Source: Vulcanimicrobiota bacterium | GTDB lineage: Bacteria; Vulcanimicrobiota; Vulcanimicrobiia; Vulcanimicrobiales; Vulcanimicrobiaceae | Direction of reading: 5' to 3' | DNA length: 64,000 nucleotides | Assembly: GCA_963812155.1 (NCBI GenBank) | Contig: CAWETW010000002.1 | Coordinates: forward strand, 160,001-224,000 | Shown here: positions 59,065 to 64,000 of the stretch, piece after piece | Layout: every line of letters begins with the position of its first letter | Numbering within the stretch: position 1 is the stretch's first letter | Notes under the pieces: model-generated | What the model saw: only the letters and a program-made list of their open reading frames with translations | What the model was told of the DNA's origin: nothing | Database searches by the model: none | Program-made: the position numbers and the translations under genes

Positions 59065-59626
59065 TCGCAAACGCCTCCCACTGCGCGGGAGAGTCGAGGT
59101 CTAGAAATGCCGACGCGTCGGGACACGTCCATTGGGCTCGAACGAACGACGCATCCTCGCGAGCCACGCTTAGCGTGTCTCCGTCCGGCAATGCTTCGAG
59201 CTTGGCACGTGTGCTCGGCGCAAACAGAACGGGATGTCCAGGAGCTCCCTCGGCGCTTCTCGGAAACGCAACGTCGACAGCGCCGGACAACAACGACTCG
59301 GTTCGCGCGATCGTCGCGTCCGTCATTGCAGGCATATCGCCGAGAAGAACGCCGACTGCTTCGTTGCGACCAATGAACCGTAGCGCGATGCGCAGCGAAT
59401 GGGCCATCCCACGCCACGGCTCTTCATTCGCAAGTACCAGCGATCGCGGTATCATCCGGCCCGCTGCCTCGCGCAGCCTAGGCGCTACCACGAGGATGCT
59501 GTTGCGAATACCGAGCGCAAGGCCGACACGCTCCAACGGCGCCGCGTGGCCGCATCGGAGAATGGTCTTGTCGAACCCCATCCGCCGAGCGTTCCCAGCT
59601 GCCAAAACGACGTAGCGAACCTTCAG
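59057..59626 (-). CDS. MocA/MobA-like nucleotidyltransferase (probable CTG start)
   Basis: VVLAAGNARRMG, GMAHSL, LGDMP, GHPVLF, LDLDSP. Confidence 0.85.
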   Translation of the reverse strand: MKVRYVVLAAGNARRMGFDKTILRCGHAAPLERVGLALGIRNSILVVAPRLREAAGRMIPRSLVLANEEPWRGMAHSLRIALRFIGRNEAVGVLLGDMPAMTDATIARTESLLSGAVDVAFPRSAEGAPGHPVLFAPSTRAKLEALPDGDTLSVAREDASFVRAQWTCPDASAFLDLDSPAQWEAFANA

Positions 59627-62343
59627 ACGGCCACCTCCTGGAGGCGCGCGAAAATACGGTCCTCGGTAAAGGGTAAGCTCGTAAAGCGGAGGCCCGTGGC
59701 GGCGCGCAACGCATTTCCGATGGCCGGCGGAACGGGATTGTTCGTGTTCTCCGAGATCGATTTTGAACCGAGCGGCCCGATTGGGTCGTGCGTGTCGGCG
59801 AAGAATACTTCGGTTTCGGGCGCGTCGGCGAAAGCGGGAATGCGATAGTTTCTCAACGTTGGATTTACGACCGCCCCCTGCGCGTCGTAGACCATTTTCT
59901 CTTGCAGCGCGTACCCGACGCCCATGACGACGCCTCCCACGGCCTGCCCGCGCAGCTGGTGCGGATTCATCACCGTACCGGCGTCGACTGCCTCAATGCT
60001 GTAGAGAATGACGATCTCGCCGGTGACGCGGTGCACGGCCAATCGCACGCCGTAAGCGATGAACGCGACCGTACGCGGCGAGCCGTACGCTTTGCGGAAC
60101 GCGGTGAAATCGACGCCTTCCTTCACTCCTTGCGCGTACAGGTCGGGCAGGGATACTTTCTTCTCCCCGCAGAGCACTTCGCCATCGACGAGCGAGCACC
60201 GGTCGAGTCTTTCGCCGGTTGCTCGGCTCGCGTAACCCAAGATCTTCTCTCGCAACGCAACCGCGGCATTCTCGACCGCCTTGGCCGGGACCATCATGCC
60301 GGCACTAGCAAACGTCCCGGTGTCGTAAGGCGTCTTGTCGGTATCGGCGTTCAGCATTGAAACGCGCGATGTGGAGCAGCCCATGACCTGCGCAACGATT
60401 TGCTGCTGCGCGGTGACGAGACCGTTGCCGATCTCGGTGGAACCCACCGTAAAATGATATCGGCCGTCCTCGAGCAGCTCGATAACCGAACCGGATCGCT
60501 GTTCCGTCGGCGGAACGCAATCGAGCATCGTGATGGCCATCCCGCTCCCTTCGAGCCAATGCTCGCCTTCCGGTTTGGCGCGACCTCGTTTGGCTTTCAT
60601 GCCCTTCTCGACGGCGTCAATGCACTGATCGAGACCATAACTGCTGATCGAGAGGTCCGAGACGTCTTTCCCGGCCGCTTCGAGGTTGTCGTTGGGACCG
60701 ACGACGTTCTTCCGACGGAATTCGATCGGATCCATGTCGATCATGTGTGCCAGCTCGTCGATTGCCGATTCCAGCGCAAAGGTCGTTTGCGACGTTCCGT
60801 ATCCGCGGAATCCGCCGCCGCAGTGCGTGTTGGTATACACGGCGTACCCGTCGCCTTTTTTGTTGGCGCTCTTGTAGAGGCTCCACGGACCAGACATGCC
60901 GTTCGCGAGCGTTTCGCCGCCATGGTTGCCGTACGCGCCGGTGTTCGAAACCACGCGATATTGGATCGCAGTGATTTCTCCCGCTTTGGTAGCGCCGAGT
61001 TTGAGCCGAACCTTCATCGGATGCTTCGTCGTTGCGCCGATGAACTGTTCTTCGCGAGTAAATTCCCATTTCACCGGCCGGCCCGTCTTGAGCGTCGCTA
61101 GGAGCGGGAGATCTTCGCTCATCATGTCCTGCTTGCCGCCGAAACCGCCGCCCACACGTTCGCAGAAAACGTGGACGTCCGAAAGATTCAGCCCAAAAAT
61201 AAAGCACAGCTTAGCCTGGACGATGAACGGCCCTTGGACGCTCGTCCGGATGTGATATCTGCCGTCCTCGCCCTTCCAACTGATGGATTGCATCGTTTCG
61301 AGATGGACGTGCTGCTGGCGCGGCGCGAAATACGTATCTTCATAGATCGCGTCGGCAAGCGCAAAGCCGGCCTCGACATCTCCCGTTTCGCCGTGCATCT
61401 CCAAGAAAATATTCTGTTCGGGATGCATCGCGCGGGAAAACTCGCCCTTGTCGTGGATGCGCGGTGCACCAGGCAGCATCGCCTCTTCGGGATCGTAGAC
61501 CGCCGGCAGAATCTCGTACTGCACTTCGAGCTTACGCACGCCCTCTTCGGCCGCGGCTTCGGTATCGGCGACGACCGCGGCGATGCGCTGACCGACGAAG
61601 CGCGCGACGTTGTCGAGCATGTACGTATCGTCGGGGTCGACGCGATTGTCCTCGTGGATCGCCGTCGTGTAGAGTTTGCGAGGCACGTCTTCCCAGGTGA
61701 ATACATCGACCACGCCGGGAACTGCGAGCGCTTTCGATTTGTCGATCGACGCGATACGAGCGTGGGCGTGCGGCGAGCGCAGGACCTTGAGATGCAGCAA
61801 ACCTTTCGGCTCAGAAATATCGGTGGTGTAGCGGGCGTGTCCGGTGACGATGTCGCGAGCAAAGGGATTGGGCACGCTTTCACCTTGCGACGTTCCGGCG
61901 GTATCTCGCTCGACGTTCTTAACGCCCGCGAACGCATCGCGAATCGAGCCATACCCCGTGCAGCGGCACAAGTTTCCTTTCAGCGCCTGCGGGAGATCGT
62001 GTTTCTGCTCTTCCGTCAGCGAGGCTCCCGTCATGATCATACCGGCCGTGCAGTATCCACATTGAAAAGCTTGAGCGTCGAGGAAAGCCTGTTGCATTGG
62101 ATGGAGCGCCCCGTCGTTCGCCAATCCCTCGATCGTCGTGACGTGCTTGCCTTCGGCTCGAAACGCCGGGTAGAGGCAACTGTGCACCGGCTTTTGGTCG
62201 ACCCACACCGTGCAGGCGCCGCAGTCGCCCCCGTCGCAGCCCTTCTTCGTTCCATACCATCCGAGATCGCGCACGAAAGTGCGCAGGCACTGGCCCGGTG
62301 CCGGCGCTGCCGAGTATTCCTTTCCGTTCAGATAAAAGTTCAC
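59623..62343 (-). CDS. Xanthine-dehydrogenase-family fused 2Fe-2S + molybdopterin-binding subunit
   Basis: KKGCDGGDCGAC, QCGYC, NLCRCTGY, VGGGFGGK, FRGYG; GTGA overlap with upstream stop. Confidence 0.93.
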   Translation of the reverse strand: MNFYLNGKEYSAAPAPGQCLRTFVRDLGWYGTKKGCDGGDCGACTVWVDQKPVHSCLYPAFRAEGKHVTTIEGLANDGALHPMQQAFLDAQAFQCGYCTAGMIMTGASLTEEQKHDLPQALKGNLCRCTGYGSIRDAFAGVKNVERDTAGTSQGESVPNPFARDIVTGHARYTTDISEPKGLLHLKVLRSPHAHARIASIDKSKALAVPGVVDVFTWEDVPRKLYTTAIHEDNRVDPDDTYMLDNVARFVGQRIAAVVADTEAAAEEGVRKLEVQYEILPAVYDPEEAMLPGAPRIHDKGEFSRAMHPEQNIFLEMHGETGDVEAGFALADAIYEDTYFAPRQQHVHLETMQSISWKGEDGRYHIRTSVQGPFIVQAKLCFIFGLNLSDVHVFCERVGGGFGGKQDMMSEDLPLLATLKTGRPVKWEFTREEQFIGATTKHPMKVRLKLGATKAGEITAIQYRVVSNTGAYGNHGGETLANGMSGPWSLYKSANKKGDGYAVYTNTHCGGGFRGYGTSQTTFALESAIDELAHMIDMDPIEFRRKNVVGPNDNLEAAGKDVSDLSISSYGLDQCIDAVEKGMKAKRGRAKPEGEHWLEGSGMAITMLDCVPPTEQRSGSVIELLEDGRYHFTVGSTEIGNGLVTAQQQIVAQVMGCSTSRVSMLNADTDKTPYDTGTFASAGMMVPAKAVENAAVALREKILGYASRATGERLDRCSLVDGEVLCGEKKVSLPDLYAQGVKEGVDFTAFRKAYGSPRTVAFIAYGVRLAVHRVTGEIVILYSIEAVDAGTVMNPHQLRGQAVGGVVMGVGYALQEKMVYDAQGAVVNPTLRNYRIPAFADAPETEVFFADTHDPIGPLGSKSISENTNNPVPPAIGNALRAATGLRFTSLPFTEDRIFARLQEVAV

Positions 62344-63155
62344 GATGCGAACAACTCCTCGCAAATCTCATGGGCGAAATGGTTCGTGAGGTAACGGCGA
62401 TGGGCCGGGGAGCCGTGAACGTCGTCGAGGTAGAGCTCGGGCGGAATCGTCGCATCGATGACCCCGCGAAGGTCGTGCGCGAGAAGCATTCGATCGAAAC
62501 GCAACTGCACGGGATGAACCGTGGCGGCCGTGACGGTGACGACGACCTCGTCGTGTGCGCGGGTGCCGATCAACAGGACTGACGACCGTCCGAGGTGCGT
62601 CTGCGACGCGCGGCGGAACGCGTGGCGCCGCTCCAACACCGACGCGGACACGTGAATCGCGCGCAGCAGCTCGCCCGGCGCCAGCACGTTGGCGTGCACG
62701 CCCGTAACGAACTCCGCTGCCGGAATGCGGCGTGCAGAACCCTCACGAGGCCACAGCTCGTACGTCGCTTCCAACGCGACGGTCAGCGAAATCATGGGGC
62801 CGGCGGGAAGCGACATCACAATGTTGCCGCCGATCGTCGCTTCGTTCCAAATCTTGAAAGACGACAGGAACGATCGGCAGCACTCCGCGATCAGCCCTCC
62901 CGCGATCCACTGCTTCGGCGGGGCGAAAGCATACAGCTCGGCAATCTTGCACGTAGCCGCGATGTCGAGCCCGTCACCGGTCGACGTCAGCGCCGGCCAA
63001 CCCAGCGTTTCGAGATCGATGAGCGTGTCGGTCTGAATCTGCGGCTCGGAAAACAGCCACGTACCGCCGCCGAGCCACGCGTTTCCGGGACGCCACCCTT
63101 GGATTTCTTCGAGCGTACGAGGACGTTTGACGTCCGTAATCGTGTTTAAATTCAC
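62340..63155 (-). CDS. Xanthine-dehydrogenase-family FAD-binding subunit
   Basis: WLGGGTWL, ATIGGN, DDVHGSPAHR; TAGTG overlap with upstream gene. Confidence 0.9.
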   Translation of the reverse strand: MNLNTITDVKRPRTLEEIQGWRPGNAWLGGGTWLFSEPQIQTDTLIDLETLGWPALTSTGDGLDIAATCKIAELYAFAPPKQWIAGGLIAECCRSFLSSFKIWNEATIGGNIVMSLPAGPMISLTVALEATYELWPREGSARRIPAAEFVTGVHANVLAPGELLRAIHVSASVLERRHAFRRASQTHLGRSSVLLIGTRAHDEVVVTVTAATVHPVQLRFDRMLLAHDLRGVIDATIPPELYLDDVHGSPAHRRYLTNHFAHEICEELFAS

Positions 63156-64000
63156 TACCCCAACAGCCTCCAGAAAACAGCCAGCTCGATCGCGTAGCAG
63201 AAAAGCAAGATAAACGGCATCGCCGTCACGAGCGCTCGTTGTTGACCTTCGGGGTAGAGCCATGGATGAAACCCACGAAGGGCCAGCGGCAGCAGCGGCC
63301 ACGTTGTCAAGGCGACGCTAATGGCGTTTCCGGTAAAGGTTCCGAGCGCCGGCGAAAAACCGGCCATTTTCAACACGGGATTGAGAAACTTCAATTCCAG
63401 CATGATGACCGGAAAGAGCACGAGTAAAATTAGCGAGGCCGTCTTCCACCTATTGGGCGGCCGCCCGGTCGCGGGATCGGCTGGGACCCATCCCGGAAAC
63501 GACGTGTCGACGCGCTGCGCGTCGAAGCCCTCGATGAGCTCGTCGGCTTCCTTCAGCAGGACAGCGCGTTCCGGCGACTCGAGCCAGCGCTCGAGATCGC
63601 GAACCGCGTTGAAGCGCAACACCGTCGTCCACCCGGTTTCGTTCTGATGCGGCGGCTGTACGAACGATCCGATATATCCGGGAAACGTTTGCTGCACCCG
63701 CTGAATCTTGTCCGCGAAGGCGCGGTACGCTTCGTCCTTCCCAACCTTTATGTGGGTGATGATGACTTCCGTCGCGCTTTGCTGAAGATAATATTCGACG
63801 GCCGCTTTGCCAGTAAGCTGCATCACAACGCCGCCTTCGACGAGCGCCCTCGCGCTTTCGATCAGGGCGCGATTCGCTTCGCTATGGCGCCACACTCGCA
63901 AAGCGTCGAGCGTAGCAAATCGGGCAATGCTGACTGTCTCGTCTTGGTCGGGGGTTTGCGGAACTTGTTCGCAGCTCTGCGCGCCGGGCGAGCGCAGCGC
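63155..64000 (-). CDS. Tandem ABM (antibiotic biosynthesis monooxygenase)-like domain membrane protein, 5'-truncated
   Basis: Frame open to the window end; FPGYIG, RF..WLESPER, PPNRWK then TM helices. Confidence 0.78.
   Translation of the reverse strand, partial: ALRSPGAQSCEQVPQTPDQDETVSIARFATLDALRVWRHSEANRALIESARALVEGGVVMQLTGKAAVEYYLQQSATEVIITHIKVGKDEAYRAFADKIQRVQQTFPGYIGSFVQPPHQNETGWTTVLRFNAVRDLERWLESPERAVLLKEADELIEGFDAQRVDTSFPGWVPADPATGRPPNRWKTASLILLVLFPVIMLELKFLNPVLKMAGFSPALGTFTGNAISVALTTWPLLPLALRGFHPWLYPEGQQRALVTAMPFILLFCYAIELAVFWRLLG

Overview
High-GC bacterial chromosomal window, densely coded, with about 57 CDS and one tRNA(CAT). I saw no rRNA, CRISPR array, prophage or intact transposase. 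The many lipoprotein and secreted genes (Pro/Thr linkers, S53 peptidase, phosphoesterases, beta-helix and NHL proteins) plus an outer-membrane factor suggest a diderm soil bacterium, possibly Eremiobacterota/Vulcanimicrobiota; that assignment is inference only. Main loci: (1) 1-14.7 kb, a tightly coupled run aspT-aspD-RND tripartite pump-aspT-large Orn/Lys/Arg-type decarboxylase, followed by a secreted beta-repeat protein and a DUF4239-like membrane protein and ending at the tRNA. This is the best candidate for an undescribed system (acid-fitness/decarboxylation island). (2) katG with a divergent Fur-family regulator and mirror-image promoters. (3) Cys-type selD and an ArsR-SRPBCC/VOC pair. 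(4) A tauD-APC permease-threonine-synthase-like operon. (5) A 100-bp IS5-like MITE between convergent genes. (6) Assorted hydrolases and transporters. (7) A xanthine-dehydrogenase-family molybdoenzyme cluster at the right end. All functional calls come from motifs recognised by eye; no database searches were run.
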